A stretch of DNA of 64,000 nucleotides from Candidatus Zixiibacteriota bacterium (GCA_030613505.1 JAUWLW010000003.1:41387-105386); one strand, 5' to 3'. Shown: positions 34,120 through 44,247, counted from the first letter of the stretch. Numbers and translations: made by a program. The notes: generated from the sequence alone by a model not told the origin.

Positions 34120-35670
34120 GTGACCCAACAAAAACGAAAACTCTCGAGCCGCGACTTCATGTTGGCGATCTTCGCCGCCGCGGTGCTTACGCTCGCGTTT
34201 CCGCGCTTCGACGTCGAGGCGTTGGCGTTCGTCGCGTTCGTACCGCTGCTCGTAGCTTTCGAAGGTTTGAACGCCCGCCAGGGAGCCTGGCTCGGCTACG
34301 TCTTCGGCCTGCACTGGAACATATTTCTCTTGTACTGGCTGTCGCCGGCGACGACGCCCGGGTTCATATGCGCCGTCATCTATCTCGCCCTGTACGGGGC
34401 GCTCTTCGGCTTCCTGTACGTCGCGGCCCGGCGTTACGGCCGGTTGCCGGCGTTGCTTTGCGCGCCGGTCTTATGGGTCGGCGTCGAATGGCTGCGCTCG
34501 GTGGGATATCTCGCCTTCCCCTGGGGCCTGCTGGCCCATACGCAACATAAATGGAACCTGTTGATACAAGTCGCCGACGTAGCCGGCACATGGCCCGTAT
34601 CGTTGGTAATCGTCGCCGTAAACGTCCTCGCGTATTACGTCCTTAAAAACCGCCGCCACGTAGCGACGTGGCTGCGCGCCGGCGGCGCCGCAGCGGCGCT
34701 GTTGGGCGCACTTTGCCTTTACGGCGCGCTCGCCCGCGTCACACCCGACGAGGGGCACCCCATCCGCGTCTCGGTCCTCCAGCCCAATATCGACCAGGAC
34801 GTCAAGTGGGACCCGGCGTATCGGGACCAGACGATACGCGTGATGGTGGACCTGAGCTACGAGGCGAAGCGCGAAGGGGCAGCGTTGATAATCTGGCCCG
34901 AAACGGCGACGCCGTTCTACCTCTTCGAGGACCCCTTCTACCGGGAAGTAGTCTACGACGTCGCCGCGGACTTATCGGTTGACCTACTTACCGGAACGGT
35001 CGAGCGGAGGCCAAGGCCGGACGTCGTCCGCGGTCGCGACCATTACCGCTACAACGCCGCCGCGCTCATCACGCCCGCTCGAGCCGTCGCAGGCCGCTAC
35101 GCCAAAGTCCGCCTGGTGCCGTTCGGCGAACATATCCCCTGGGAAGCAGACGTGCCGGCGATAACAGATACGCTCTTCGCCAACTCCGGCGACTTCACGC
35201 CCGGCCCGGGCTGGGAAGTCATCAGCCCTTCGCGCTACGACCTGGGGTGCCTTATCTGCTACGAAGCGGTCTTCCCGGACATATCCCGTGCGTACGCCCG
35301 GCGCGGCGCGGACTTCCTCGTCAACATCACAAACGAAGCATGGTTCGGCCGGACCAACGCGCCATATCAAACGTTGGCCTCCGCCGTCTTCCGCGCCGTC
35401 GAAAACCGCAGCTGGTTCGTCCGCTCCGCAAACACGGGGGTAACCTGCTTCATAGACCCCAACGGCCGCGTCGTCCGCAAGTCCAAGATCTACATCCGCA
35501 ACCAGCTTACGGACGACGTTTACCGCCGCCGCTACCTCACTTTTTACGCTCGCTGCGGCGACTGGTTCGCTCACGTCGTCGCGGCGGCCGCAGCGCTCAT
35601 CTGCGGCTGGACGTTGTTCAGCGTTGCCAGACAATATCGGCTGTCACGGCGGCGGCGCGCGGACCACTAA
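34120..35670 (+). CDS. lnt: Apolipoprotein N-acyltransferase
   Basis: N-terminal polytopic domain plus CN-hydrolase domain, with LIIWPETA (Glu), YAKVRLVPFGE (Lys) and CLICYEAVF (Cys). Confidence 0.9.
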   Translation: MTQQKRKLSSRDFMLAIFAAAVLTLAFPRFDVEALAFVAFVPLLVAFEGLNARQGAWLGYVFGLHWNIFLLYWLSPATTPGFICAVIYLALYGALFGFLYVAARRYGRLPALLCAPVLWVGVEWLRSVGYLAFPWGLLAHTQHKWNLLIQVADVAGTWPVSLVIVAVNVLAYYVLKNRRHVATWLRAGGAAAALLGALCLYGALARVTPDEGHPIRVSVLQPNIDQDVKWDPAYRDQTIRVMVDLSYEAKREGAALIIWPETATPFYLFEDPFYREVVYDVAADLSVDLLTGTVERRPRPDVVRGRDHYRYNAAALITPARAVAGRYAKVRLVPFGEHIPWEADVPAITDTLFANSGDFTPGPGWEVISPSRYDLGCLICYEAVFPDISRAYARRGADFLVNITNEAWFGRTNAPYQTLASAVFRAVENRSWFVRSANTGVTCFIDPNGRVVRKSKIYIRNQLTDDVYRRRYLTFYARCGDWFAHVVAAAAALICGWTLFSVARQYRLSRRRRADH

Positions 35671-35708
35671 TATCGGAAATAATAATAGGCCGTAAGGAGG
35701 TCATCCCG

Positions 35709-36956
35709 ATGACCGCACTCAGGACCATAGCGATAATATTCATCTTCTTCTGTTCCGTAGTAGCGTGGGTCGTCCTCGGCGGTACCCTCGTACACCGGAC
35801 GGACGAAGCGAAGGAATTCGGCGCCGACGCCGTCGGCCAACTCTGGGGTACGGAACAACGCCAACGCGCCCCCCGCTTCTACTACTTGGTAGCGCGCGAA
35901 ATCGAAGTCGAAACCGGCGAAGGCGAAAAACCGGCCAAGGCCGAGAAGAAAGTAGTCGAGGAGCCGGTTTTCGTCGAGCCGACCGGGACCGAAGTCGACG
36001 TCGATTTGAAATTGGAGCATCGGAAGAAGGGCCTTTTGTGGTTTAGCACGTACGTCGTCGACTACCGCTCGCGATACAGCGTTAAGAACGATACGCCCCA
36101 ACCCCGTAAGGTTTTCATCGAGTTCTCTTTCCCGGCGACGAACGCCCTCTACGACGACTTCACTTTCCACATTAAAAACGAAGAGGTCGAATTTCCGCCC
36201 AACGCCGCCGACAGCATCGTGGCCTCCGCCGAGCTCGCCGCGGGCGAGACGGCGGACGTGGTAATCGGTTATAAATCGCCCGGCCTCGACCGCTGGATTT
36301 ATTCCTTCGCCGACGGCGTCGCGCGCGTCCAGAACTTTACCCTCAACGCGGCCACCGATTTCGACGACGTAGACTTCCCGGAAGGCTGCGTATCGCCCAC
36401 CGCCAAGGAGAAGACGGCCGACGGCTGGCGCTTGACGTGGCACTATAAGGACCTCGTTACCGGGTACCAGCTCGGCGTCGAAATGCCCAAGAAACTTAAC
36501 CCCGGCCCCATCGCCAGCCGCATGTCGTTCTTCGCGCCGGTATCGCTGCTGTTCTTCTTCGCGGTCCTGTTCATAGTGTCCGCCGTCAAAGCTGGTAAAA
36601 TTCCGCCTCTCCACCCGATGAACTACTTTTTCCTGGCGGCGGCGTTCTTCGCTTTCCACCTCCTCTTCGCTTACCTCGCCGACCACGTCGACATCCATTT
36701 AACGTTCCTGGCGTCGAGTCTCGTCTCGTGCGCGTTGGTCTTTATTTACGTCGCTTTGGCGCGCGGCACGAGGTACGCCGTAGCGTACGCGACGTTCCCG
36801 CAACTCATGTTCCTGGTGCTGTTCTCGTACGCCTTCTTCTACCCGGGATACGCGGGCCTCGTCATAACGGTCGGCGCTATCGTTACGTTGGCGGTACTCA
36901 TGTTAGCCACGGCTCGCGTCGATTGGGCGGCCAGATTCGGCGTTAAACGGAGCTGA
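35709..36956 (+). CDS. CreD-like cell-envelope integrity inner-membrane protein
   Basis: Real start is ATG 35709, behind AAGGAGG (35694-35700). N-terminal TM, ~270-aa periplasmic domain (RKKGLLWFSTYVVDY) and 4-5 C-terminal helices. The first 154 codons of the ORF-track entry overlap lnt. Confidence 0.5.
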   Translation: MTALRTIAIIFIFFCSVVAWVVLGGTLVHRTDEAKEFGADAVGQLWGTEQRQRAPRFYYLVAREIEVETGEGEKPAKAEKKVVEEPVFVEPTGTEVDVDLKLEHRKKGLLWFSTYVVDYRSRYSVKNDTPQPRKVFIEFSFPATNALYDDFTFHIKNEEVEFPPNAADSIVASAELAAGETADVVIGYKSPGLDRWIYSFADGVARVQNFTLNAATDFDDVDFPEGCVSPTAKEKTADGWRLTWHYKDLVTGYQLGVEMPKKLNPGPIASRMSFFAPVSLLFFFAVLFIVSAVKAGKIPPLHPMNYFFLAAAFFAFHLLFAYLADHVDIHLTFLASSLVSCALVFIYVALARGTRYAVAYATFPQLMFLVLFSYAFFYPGYAGLVITVGAIVTLAVLMLATARVDWAARFGVKRS

Positions 36957-36995
36957 AAAAAAAGGGCGCCGCGTTTGGCGCGGCGCCTTTTTTTT
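36956..36995. terminator. Bidirectional rho-independent terminator
   Basis: A8, then a 9-bp stem GGCGCCGCG/CGCGGCGCC with a 5-nt loop, then T8. Confidence 0.7.
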
Positions 36996-37043
36996 GCTAT
37001 AATATCACCAACTAAAAAGTTTGAATATCCGAGAAACGCGGTT

Positions 37044-37865
37044 ATGTTCGAAAAGCCCAAAGATAACGCGACGGAAATAGCTGGCGACCCGGGAACTACG
37101 GGGACGGTACCCGTAGAGGCCGCGCCCGCCCAAGACGAGCGGCGCCACGACTACCTGCTCACGCTGGTACACGAATTCCGCAACCCGCTGGCGGCCCTGG
37201 CCGGCGCCGTCGACATCCTCGAATACGAGCTCCGGCCTTACCTCGACCCCAAGAAGCGCGAGTTCTTCGACATAGTAGAAGTCAGCCTCGCCCGTTTAAA
37301 CCAGATGCTCGACGAAATGCTCGAGCTCACCGCCCTCGAGGGGCGCGAGATAAAATTAAACTACGAAGTGGCGGACGTCGCCGCGTTGTGCCGCGACGTA
37401 CGCGCCGAGCACGAGCCGCGCGCCGAAGTCTTCAAAGTTACGTTAAACCGTATAAAAGCAGAGGGCGACCTACCGAAAGTCGAATGCGACCCCGAATTGA
37501 TAACGAGAGTTATCGCGAATTTAGTGTCCAACGCCGTGAAATACAATAAAACGGGCGGCGAAGTCACCGTATCGTTATCGGCTCGAGACGGGAATCTCCA
37601 CGTCGCCGTCGCCGATACCGGGACCGGCATCCCGGAGGCGGACTTCGCGAAAGTGTTTAAGCGTTTCTATCGCGCCCCGGAGGTTCGGCAGCGGAAAATC
37701 GCCGGCACCGGCCTGGGGCTCGTCATAGCTAAAAACATCGTCGAACTCCACGGCGGCGAAATGTCGGTCGCCTCGCGCGCCGACCGCGGTTCGACCTTCC
37801 GGTTTACGATACCGCTTAAACGGCCGGAAAAAGCGGAAGCGAAAAATGACGAGTGCGGCTCGTAA
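37044..37865 (+). CDS. Cytoplasmic sensor histidine kinase (HisKA plus HATPase_c), no adjacent response regulator
   Basis: H box LVHEFRNPLAAL, N box SNAVKYN, G boxes DTGTGI and GTGLGL. No TM segment. Start at MFEKPKD. Confidence 0.8.
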   Translation: MFEKPKDNATEIAGDPGTTGTVPVEAAPAQDERRHDYLLTLVHEFRNPLAALAGAVDILEYELRPYLDPKKREFFDIVEVSLARLNQMLDEMLELTALEGREIKLNYEVADVAALCRDVRAEHEPRAEVFKVTLNRIKAEGDLPKVECDPELITRVIANLVSNAVKYNKTGGEVTVSLSARDGNLHVAVADTGTGIPEADFAKVFKRFYRAPEVRQRKIAGTGLGLVIAKNIVELHGGEMSVASRADRGSTFRFTIPLKRPEKAEAKNDECGS

Positions 37866-37871
37866 AAATGA

Positions 37872-38000
37872 GGTGAGCAGGCGTTCTTTCCTGGGGTTGC
37901 TCGCGGCCGCGGCGGCTTTCCTGCTCGCCCGGCTGCCGTGGCGGCGGGATGAGGGCGGACCGAAGAAAGCCCTTTTCTGGCGTCGGCTAGCGGGCGGTAA
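37872..38000 (+). CDS. Possible 42-aa ORF with a twin-arginine-like signal
   Basis: GTG start. Translation VSRRSFLGLLAAAAAFLLARLPWRRDEGGPKKALFWPSASGR has an SRRxFLG motif plus an h-region. Weak RBS; too short for the ORF track. Confidence 0.25.
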
Positions 38001-38053
38001 ATAATGGCGTATTACAGGGTGTACGTTAAAAAGGGCCCGGTGCGGGCCCGATT

Positions 38054-38797
38054 TTACTTCGCCCGCTTTCCGGGCGGGCCTGCCCGGTACAACGGGAAAA
38101 GCTTAGCCGCCCTGCCGAAGACCTTGTACAAAAGGGCGACCGGCGTATACAAAATCAGTAATAAATCCTCGGCCAAAGACCAATTGGAGACGTACGACAA
38201 GTCCGACGCGAGCTTATCGGCGAGAATATTGTCGACGTAGTTCTCGTCGATATTGACCGGCGATAACAACTCCTCCTCGGCGACGTATCGGATTTGCGTG
38301 GGGCCGGTTATCCCGGGACGGAACGTCAATATTTTTCTTTGCTCGAGCGTAAGGGCCGACATAAAACGGGGTAAGTCAGGCCGCGGTCCCACCAGGCTCA
38401 TCTCACCGCGTACGACGTTTACCAGGTTCGGAAGCTCGTCGAGCTTAGTAACGCGCAGGAAATTGCCCACCCGCGTTATGCGCGGGTCGCCGGCGCCGGT
38501 AAGGTCCGGGCCGAGTTGCGGCGCGTCTTTTACCATGGTGCGGAACTTGAGGATGAAGAACGGTTTACCGTTCTCGCCCGTCCGCTCCTGGCGGAAGAAG
38601 ACGGGCCCGGGGCTCGTAAGTTTTATTAAAAACGCGATAAGGGCGAAGGCCGGTGAGAGTACGATAAGCGCGGCGGTGGCCCCGACGAGGTCGAAGGCGC
38701 GCTTCACGTACTTCCGGCCGACGGAGGCGTCGTCCTTCTGATCGGGCGGCTCCGTACCCACGGCCTCGATTATAAAGGCCTCCGCTCTAGATGTCAA
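38054..38797 (-). CDS. Polyprenyl-phosphate sugar phosphotransferase (bacterial sugar transferase family)
   Basis: KRAFDLVGATAALIVLSPAFALIAFLIKLTSPGPVFFRQERTGENGKPFFILKFRTM and SLVGPRP motifs. Confidence 0.85.
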   Translation of the reverse strand: MTSRAEAFIIEAVGTEPPDQKDDASVGRKYVKRAFDLVGATAALIVLSPAFALIAFLIKLTSPGPVFFRQERTGENGKPFFILKFRTMVKDAPQLGPDLTGAGDPRITRVGNFLRVTKLDELPNLVNVVRGEMSLVGPRPDLPRFMSALTLEQRKILTFRPGITGPTQIRYVAEEELLSPVNIDENYVDNILADKLASDLSYVSNWSLAEDLLLILYTPVALLYKVFGRAAKLFPLYRAGPPGKRAK

Positions 38798-38831
38798 TTT
38801 ATTAGGCCCGAGGTCCGACGCCCCTTTCCCG

Positions 38832-38861
38832 TTGACTTGAATTCGCCAACTTTGCTAAAAT
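38832..38861 (+). promoter_or_regulatory. Candidate promoter of thrS (extended -10)
   Basis: TTGACT, 18-nt spacer, TGcTAAAAT. Confidence 0.45.
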
Positions 38862-38883
38862 AACCTGAAAGGATTGTATCCTC

Positions 38884-40827
38884 TTGGAGATAGAACTGAA
38901 CGTCGACGGCTTCGGGCCGGTAAAAGTGGAACGGGGAGCGACCCTGCTAGACGTGGCGAAGGCCGCCGCCGTCGAGGATGCGCTCGTCGCCCGCCGGGCG
39001 GACTCTTTGGTGGACCTCGCCGCCGGCGCCGAACCGGGCGAGACGGTGGCGTTCCTGAGTTACGAAGACGAAGCGGCGCGGGAGGTCTTCCGCCATACGG
39101 CGTCGCATATCCTCGCCCACGCGCTGACGGACCTCTACCCCGGCGTAAAGCTGGCCATAGGGCCCGCGACGGCCGACGGGTTCTACTATGATTTCGACGC
39201 GTCGGCAACCATAAGCGACGACGACCTTCCTAAGATAGAGGAGCGTATGCGGGAGATCGCCGCGGCCGACATTCCGATCGAACGAGAGGAAATAACCAAA
39301 GCCAAAGCCCGCAAATTATTCGCCGATAACCCATATAAACTCGAGCTCGTGGAGGAGATCCCGGATAAAAAAGTAATAATATACCGGCAAGGCGACTTCG
39401 CCGACCTCTGCCTGGGTCCCCATCTTCCCTCCACCGGTTACGTCAAGACGCTGAAAATCACCGCGTTGGCGGGGGCGTATTGGCGCGGCGACGAACGCAA
39501 CGACATGCTCACCCGCGTATACGGAACCGCCTACCGCAAACCGGAGGAGCTCGAGCTTCACCTGGCGCGCGTCGAGGAGGCGAAACGGCGCGACCACCGG
39601 ACGCTGGGCCGCGACCTCAACATGTTCTCCATCGCCGAGGAACGCGGCGCCGGCCTGGTCTATTGGCACCCCGACGGCGCCTTCGTACGCGACCGCATAG
39701 AGACCTTCTGGAAAGAGGAACACCAAAAAAGGGGTTACCAACTCGTCATGACCCCCCACATCGCCCGCGCCCACCTGTTCGAGATATCGGGCCACTTCCG
39801 GTACTTTCTCGAGAACATGTACACCTTCGAGGTCGACGGCGTACCGTACGTCCTCAAGCCGATGAATTGCCCTATGCACATCGCCATTTACAAATCGCGC
39901 GGCCACTCCTACCGGGAACTACCGATTAGGTATGCCGAATTGGGTACCGTTTACCGCAAAGAGCGCTCGGGAACCCTCCACGGCCTCTTGCGCGTACGCG
40001 GTTTCACCCAGGACGACGGCCACATATTCTGTACCCCCGACCAACTGGTGGACGAACTGTGCGGGTGCGTGGACTTGGCCATATTCCTGCTGCACACCTT
40101 CGGCTTTACGTCATACGACGTAGAGCTCTCGGCACACGACCCCGGCCGGCCGGAAGACTACGCCGGCACCGCGGAGGAATGGGCCCGGGCGGAGGATGCC
40201 CTCGCCGAGACGCTCAAGCGGCTCGAGCTGCCCTATACCCGCATGGAGGGCGAGGCCATCTTCTACGGCCCGAAAATCGATTTCCAGATCTACGACGCGT
40301 TGGGAAGGAAATGGCAGGGCCCCACGATACAATTCGACTTCAACCTGCCGCCCCGCTACGGCGTCAAGTATATGGGCCCGGACGGCGCCGAACACCAGTG
40401 TTATATGATACACCGCGCTATGCTGGGGTCTTTCGAACGCTTCTTTGGGACATTGCTCGAACACTACGCCGGCGTCTTCCCGCCCTGGCTCGCGCCGGTC
40501 CAGGTACGTATCATACCGGTGAACCCGGACTTCGTATCGCACGCCGCCGAACTGGCCGCGAAAATGGAAGCCGTGGGCCTGCGCGCCCAAGTGGATAAAT
40601 CGGACGGCAAACTGAACGCTAAAATCCGTAACGGCGAATTGGCCAAAGTACCCTACCTGGCCATCGTCGGCAAGAGAGAACGCGAAGCGGGAACGGTAGC
40701 GTTACGACGCCACGGCGGCGAGGACCTCGGCCCGGTCGACGTGGGACGCCTTATCGAGGTTTTACAGGCAGCGACCGCCGGTAAAACCGCCGCGCTCGAG
40801 CTGGTAGGAGGCGACGTTAATAACTAG
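38884..40827 (+). CDS. thrS: Threonine--tRNA ligase
   Basis: TGS N-terminus, editing-domain HTASHILAHA, class II motifs HRTLGRDLNMF, RVRGFTQDDGHIF, MIHRAMLGSFERF, and an anticodon-binding C-terminus. TTG start. Confidence 0.93.
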   Translation: MEIELNVDGFGPVKVERGATLLDVAKAAAVEDALVARRADSLVDLAAGAEPGETVAFLSYEDEAAREVFRHTASHILAHALTDLYPGVKLAIGPATADGFYYDFDASATISDDDLPKIEERMREIAAADIPIEREEITKAKARKLFADNPYKLELVEEIPDKKVIIYRQGDFADLCLGPHLPSTGYVKTLKITALAGAYWRGDERNDMLTRVYGTAYRKPEELELHLARVEEAKRRDHRTLGRDLNMFSIAEERGAGLVYWHPDGAFVRDRIETFWKEEHQKRGYQLVMTPHIARAHLFEISGHFRYFLENMYTFEVDGVPYVLKPMNCPMHIAIYKSRGHSYRELPIRYAELGTVYRKERSGTLHGLLRVRGFTQDDGHIFCTPDQLVDELCGCVDLAIFLLHTFGFTSYDVELSAHDPGRPEDYAGTAEEWARAEDALAETLKRLELPYTRMEGEAIFYGPKIDFQIYDALGRKWQGPTIQFDFNLPPRYGVKYMGPDGAEHQCYMIHRAMLGSFERFFGTLLEHYAGVFPPWLAPVQVRIIPVNPDFVSHAAELAAKMEAVGLRAQVDKSDGKLNAKIRNGELAKVPYLAIVGKREREAGTVALRRHGGEDLGPVDVGRLIEVLQAATAGKTAALELVGGDVNN

Positions 40828-40830
40828 TAC

Positions 40831-43800
40831 ATGTCGGCTATATGCCCCAATTGCGGCCGGGCCCTCGCGCCGACCGCGGCTTTTTGCCCCAACTGCGGCG
40901 TTAAAATTGGCGAAGCAGGAGAAGAAGCCGCCGCCGTGTCGGCCGAGCTCGCGGGGCTCGACCTACTAAGCCCTTCCCTCTCGCCCGACCTACTGGGTGA
41001 ATTGACCGAAAAATTCCTCGCCGCCGCGGACGAACTTGCCGCGGAGCGCGGCGGCGTAGTCACCCGCGAAAGCTCTTCCGCCGTTACCGTCAAATTTCCC
41101 CGCAACCTCGAGTCGCCGGCAGCCACGGCGGCGTCCTGCGCCCTAATCCTCCGGGACGCCACCCGCGGCCTCTTGGCAACGTCGCCGGAAGATTTAAGTG
41201 CGAGCGCGTACCTAACGGCCGGCGTGGACGCGACGCCGAAGGAAATCGATGTCGCCGGCGAATCTCAGGCTCCCGGTGCAAAGGCGAAAAGGCTCCGAAG
41301 AAAAGCGGGCAAGTGGGTTATTCTCGCAGGCGAAAACGTCTATACCCTAACCACCGGGGATTTCAAATACGTTCCGGTGGGTTTCTATCAAGCACGAGGG
41401 GATAAACGGGCCGTAAAAATTTACGAATTGAAGGAGGACCGGCGGTACCCCGCGTCGGCCCCGCCGGTCCAAACATCCCCGTTCGTCCCCGCTGCCGGCT
41501 TCGAGGAAGCGATCGAGAACTTCTTCGCGGCCGTCCTTTCCAAAAAACGAAAGCGAATGCTTTTCGTTACGGGTGCATCCGGGACGGGAAAAACCACCTG
41601 GTTGTCGGTTGCGTGCCGCATGGCGCGGAAAAAAGGTTTTACGGTATACGCGTCGTCTTGTACGAAACGCCGCCGGTACACGCCTTTCGGCCTCTGGGCG
41701 CCGATTTGGCGTACGGCGTTTGCCGACATGGCCCCCGAAGTACGGCCGGCGAAAGCCCCCGCTCGAGCCCTTCAAAGAATCGGCGAGGGACTAGATATAT
41801 GGGCGCCGTTAATGGCGCAAATCGTCGGCTTCCGAGCCGATTTGGACCCACACGTCGTAGACGTTTCCCCCGAGTACCGGCACCGGCAAATCCTCGAAAT
41901 CGCGAAGGGTTTAATTACGTGGGCCGCCGCTGAAAGGCCGACGGCCGTAGTGCTCGACGATATCCACTTAGCGGACGCGTCGTCCCGGGCGTTACTCGGC
42001 TCGCTGCTCGCGGTCCCGGCGGAAACGCCGCTCGCGCTCGTATTGGCCAGCGAAACCTCCGACGAGACTTTTAAGCGGGCCGCCGACGGTATTCTATCGA
42101 CAAGACCTTTCACAGAAGAAGAAATCGTCGCTTTGGCCGAGGATTTCGCCGAAACGGACGCGGAAGACGTCGCGCCGTTACTCTACGAGGCCAGCAAAGG
42201 GCGGCCAGATATCCTCGAGCAAATCTGGCTCGCGGCGCGCGAAAATACGGACCTAAACATAAAGTCGTTGGCGGCTGACGGCGCGCCGGATGGACCAACG
42301 CTCGTCGCGCGCCGCTTACGCGATTTCGACTTACGTTGGCAGCGGGCGACTGCGGTCCTAGCGACGCTGGGCGTTCCGGTCGGTGACGAAGACGTACGCG
42401 CCCTCGCCGTGGAAATTTTCGGTACGGACGGTACCGCGGGCGAAGCTTGGCGATATAAATTATATAAACTCCATTTGCTACGACCTTCCTTGGGCGACGG
42501 GGAATCCCTTTGCATACCGCCGCAGCTCGCTTCGGCCGTACTCGCCGCCACGGCGCCGACGCCGGAAAGCCGAACGGCCGCAGCGCAAACGGCGGCCGGT
42601 TTCCTGGCGGAACGTTACCCCCGAGAGCTATCGGCCCGCGTGACCTTGGAGTTAGAGGCCGGGAAGCTACCGGCGGCGTGCGACCTAGCGCAGGAAAACG
42701 TGAAACAAACACGTTGGCTGGGCTCACCCCACGACGCGGTGGCTCAACTGACGGCGGTTATCCACGAGCTAGAGAGGGTAACGCCCCTAGATAAAGCGGA
42801 TTCGGAGCTTTTGCCCCGTCTATTGTATACTCGGGCGGAGGCTTTTTACGAAGCGGGATTGGCCGCCGCCGCCCTTAACGACCTCGAAAAAATCGGAGCC
42901 GAAGAAGGTGAATTGGCGGCGCGGCGTTTTTACACGCAGGGCCAGGTATATTTACGTCGCCGCTACTTCCCGGAAGCCGAAAGCGCATTTATCAAAGCTC
43001 TACAACTCGCCGCCCGTTCAAACGATTACGACTTAGTCGCCGACGTAGAGCTGGCGCTCGCCCACCTGTTTCGCCAACAAGGAGACGTCGCCAAAGCGAC
43101 GTACGAGCTCGAGAAATCGTTGAAGGCCGACCGCGCTCCGTCGGCCCGCGCGTACGAATTACTCGCCGAGCTCAAGTACCGGGCCGGCCACGTTGCCGAC
43201 GCCGTACGAGCCGCGCAAAAAAGTTTATCTTCGATCAACGCCGCGCGAAAGCCGATAACCGCCGCGGATACTGCTCTTTTGTTAGCACTCTTATTCTTCG
43301 ATTACGGCCGGATACCCAACGCCCGCAGCCTAGTCGCAAAAGCGCACGACGCGTTCGCCGTCGTGGGCGATAAACGGCGGGAATGTGATGCGTACCTGCT
43401 CGAGGGTAAGATCGACTTGGCGATCGAGGACCTGACCACGACCGAAACTACCTTCGACGAAGCGTTGCGCTTGGCCGAAGAGGGAGGCTACGGTTTACGC
43501 GCCGTCGAAGCCGCCCTCGGTCTTAGCTTCGTACGGCTTCTCCAAAACGACTTGGCGGGGCACCGTCGTCTTTTAGTCAAAGCCAAGGAGACGGCCACGG
43601 CGGAACCGCACGCGCCCAAAGCGGGTATCTACCTGGTAGAAGCAGCGGCGAACTTCGCGGGGGAGGATTATGACAAAGCGTATCGGATGGCCAGCGACGC
43701 CGCCGCCGAATACCGGCGGACGGGTGATGCGTTTACGTACGGCGTCGCCGCCATCCTCGCCGCCCAGGCAGCACTAGCGGCGGGCAAACGGGATAAGTGC

Positions 43801-44124
43801 CGTGAGATCCTGGGTCAACCGGACATCGACCGTCGCGCCCGGGAATCTAAAGTATCTTTCGCACATTACAATCTAACTGCGGGTAAGCTTATCAACGCCG
43901 AAGGCGACCTCGAGCGTGCGCGAAAACGCTTTGTGGCCGCTGCCGCCGCGGCGCGCGAGTCGGGCCTTTGGCTCGTCCGGGGTGAATGTTACTTGGAACT
44001 GGCCAGCATCGCCGAGTACGAAAACGAGCGTGAGAAGTATCGTCGGCGGGCGTTGTGGTTGCTCGAGAGCAAAGGCGCAACGCTCTTGGCCGGCAAGGCG
44101 AAAAAGAAAGCCGGCTTATTGTAA
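40831..44124 (+). CDS. Zinc-ribbon / degenerate cyclase-homology / P-loop NTPase / TPR multidomain protein (STAND-like)
   Basis: CPNCGRALAPTAAFCPNCG double zinc ribbon. A ~130-aa block follows the class III cyclase skeleton but lacks the metal-binding Asp pair. Walker A VTGASGTGKTTW, Walker B VVLDDIHLAD. The ~550-aa C-terminal half is TPR-like helical repeats. Confidence 0.65.
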   Translation: MSAICPNCGRALAPTAAFCPNCGVKIGEAGEEAAAVSAELAGLDLLSPSLSPDLLGELTEKFLAAADELAAERGGVVTRESSSAVTVKFPRNLESPAATAASCALILRDATRGLLATSPEDLSASAYLTAGVDATPKEIDVAGESQAPGAKAKRLRRKAGKWVILAGENVYTLTTGDFKYVPVGFYQARGDKRAVKIYELKEDRRYPASAPPVQTSPFVPAAGFEEAIENFFAAVLSKKRKRMLFVTGASGTGKTTWLSVACRMARKKGFTVYASSCTKRRRYTPFGLWAPIWRTAFADMAPEVRPAKAPARALQRIGEGLDIWAPLMAQIVGFRADLDPHVVDVSPEYRHRQILEIAKGLITWAAAERPTAVVLDDIHLADASSRALLGSLLAVPAETPLALVLASETSDETFKRAADGILSTRPFTEEEIVALAEDFAETDAEDVAPLLYEASKGRPDILEQIWLAARENTDLNIKSLAADGAPDGPTLVARRLRDFDLRWQRATAVLATLGVPVGDEDVRALAVEIFGTDGTAGEAWRYKLYKLHLLRPSLGDGESLCIPPQLASAVLAATAPTPESRTAAAQTAAGFLAERYPRELSARVTLELEAGKLPAACDLAQENVKQTRWLGSPHDAVAQLTAVIHELERVTPLDKADSELLPRLLYTRAEAFYEAGLAAAALNDLEKIGAEEGELAARRFYTQGQVYLRRRYFPEAESAFIKALQLAARSNDYDLVADVELALAHLFRQQGDVAKATYELEKSLKADRAPSARAYELLAELKYRAGHVADAVRAAQKSLSSINAARKPITAADTALLLALLFFDYGRIPNARSLVAKAHDAFAVVGDKRRECDAYLLEGKIDLAIEDLTTTETTFDEALRLAEEGGYGLRAVEAALGLSFVRLLQNDLAGHRRLLVKAKETATAEPHAPKAGIYLVEAAANFAGEDYDKAYRMASDAAAEYRRTGDAFTYGVAAILAAQAALAAGKRDKCREILGQPDIDRRARESKVSFAHYNLTAGKLINAEGDLERARKRFVAAAAAARESGLWLVRGECYLELASIAEYENEREKYRRRALWLLESKGATLLAGKAKKKAGLL

Positions 44125-44218
44125 ACCGGGGACGCGATGAGAAGGTCGAGCAAAGGGGCGGCCCATATCGACCCGGGGAGGGATACGCCGAGATTGTAAC
44201 CTGGATGGCAAAAAAACC

Positions 44219-44247
44219 TTGACTTGTAAGTGATTTTATATTTTAAT
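44219..44247 (+). promoter_or_regulatory. Candidate promoter of the mglB-mglA operon
   Basis: TTGACT, 17-nt spacer, TTTAAT, inside a 217-bp AT-rich intergenic region. Confidence 0.3.

Noticed and set aside
35247-35708. N-terminal 154 codons of the 569-aa ORF 35247..36956
   Set aside because: This part overlaps lnt in another frame and is Arg/Pro-rich. A strong AAGGAGG plus ATG at 35709 starts a proper membrane protein.
38798-38883. T-box leader upstream of thrS
   Set aside because: The 86-nt intergenic region is far too short for a T-box (~200-300 nt). It lacks the T-box sequence and terminator/antiterminator helices.
38855-40646. Arg-rich ORFs in alternative frames of thrS (for example 38855..39208 minus, 39480..39929 plus, 40059..40598 plus)
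   Set aside because: These are frame-shadow ORFs of a GC-rich gene. They have extreme Arg/Pro/Gly content and no motifs, and they overlap a complete ThrRS.
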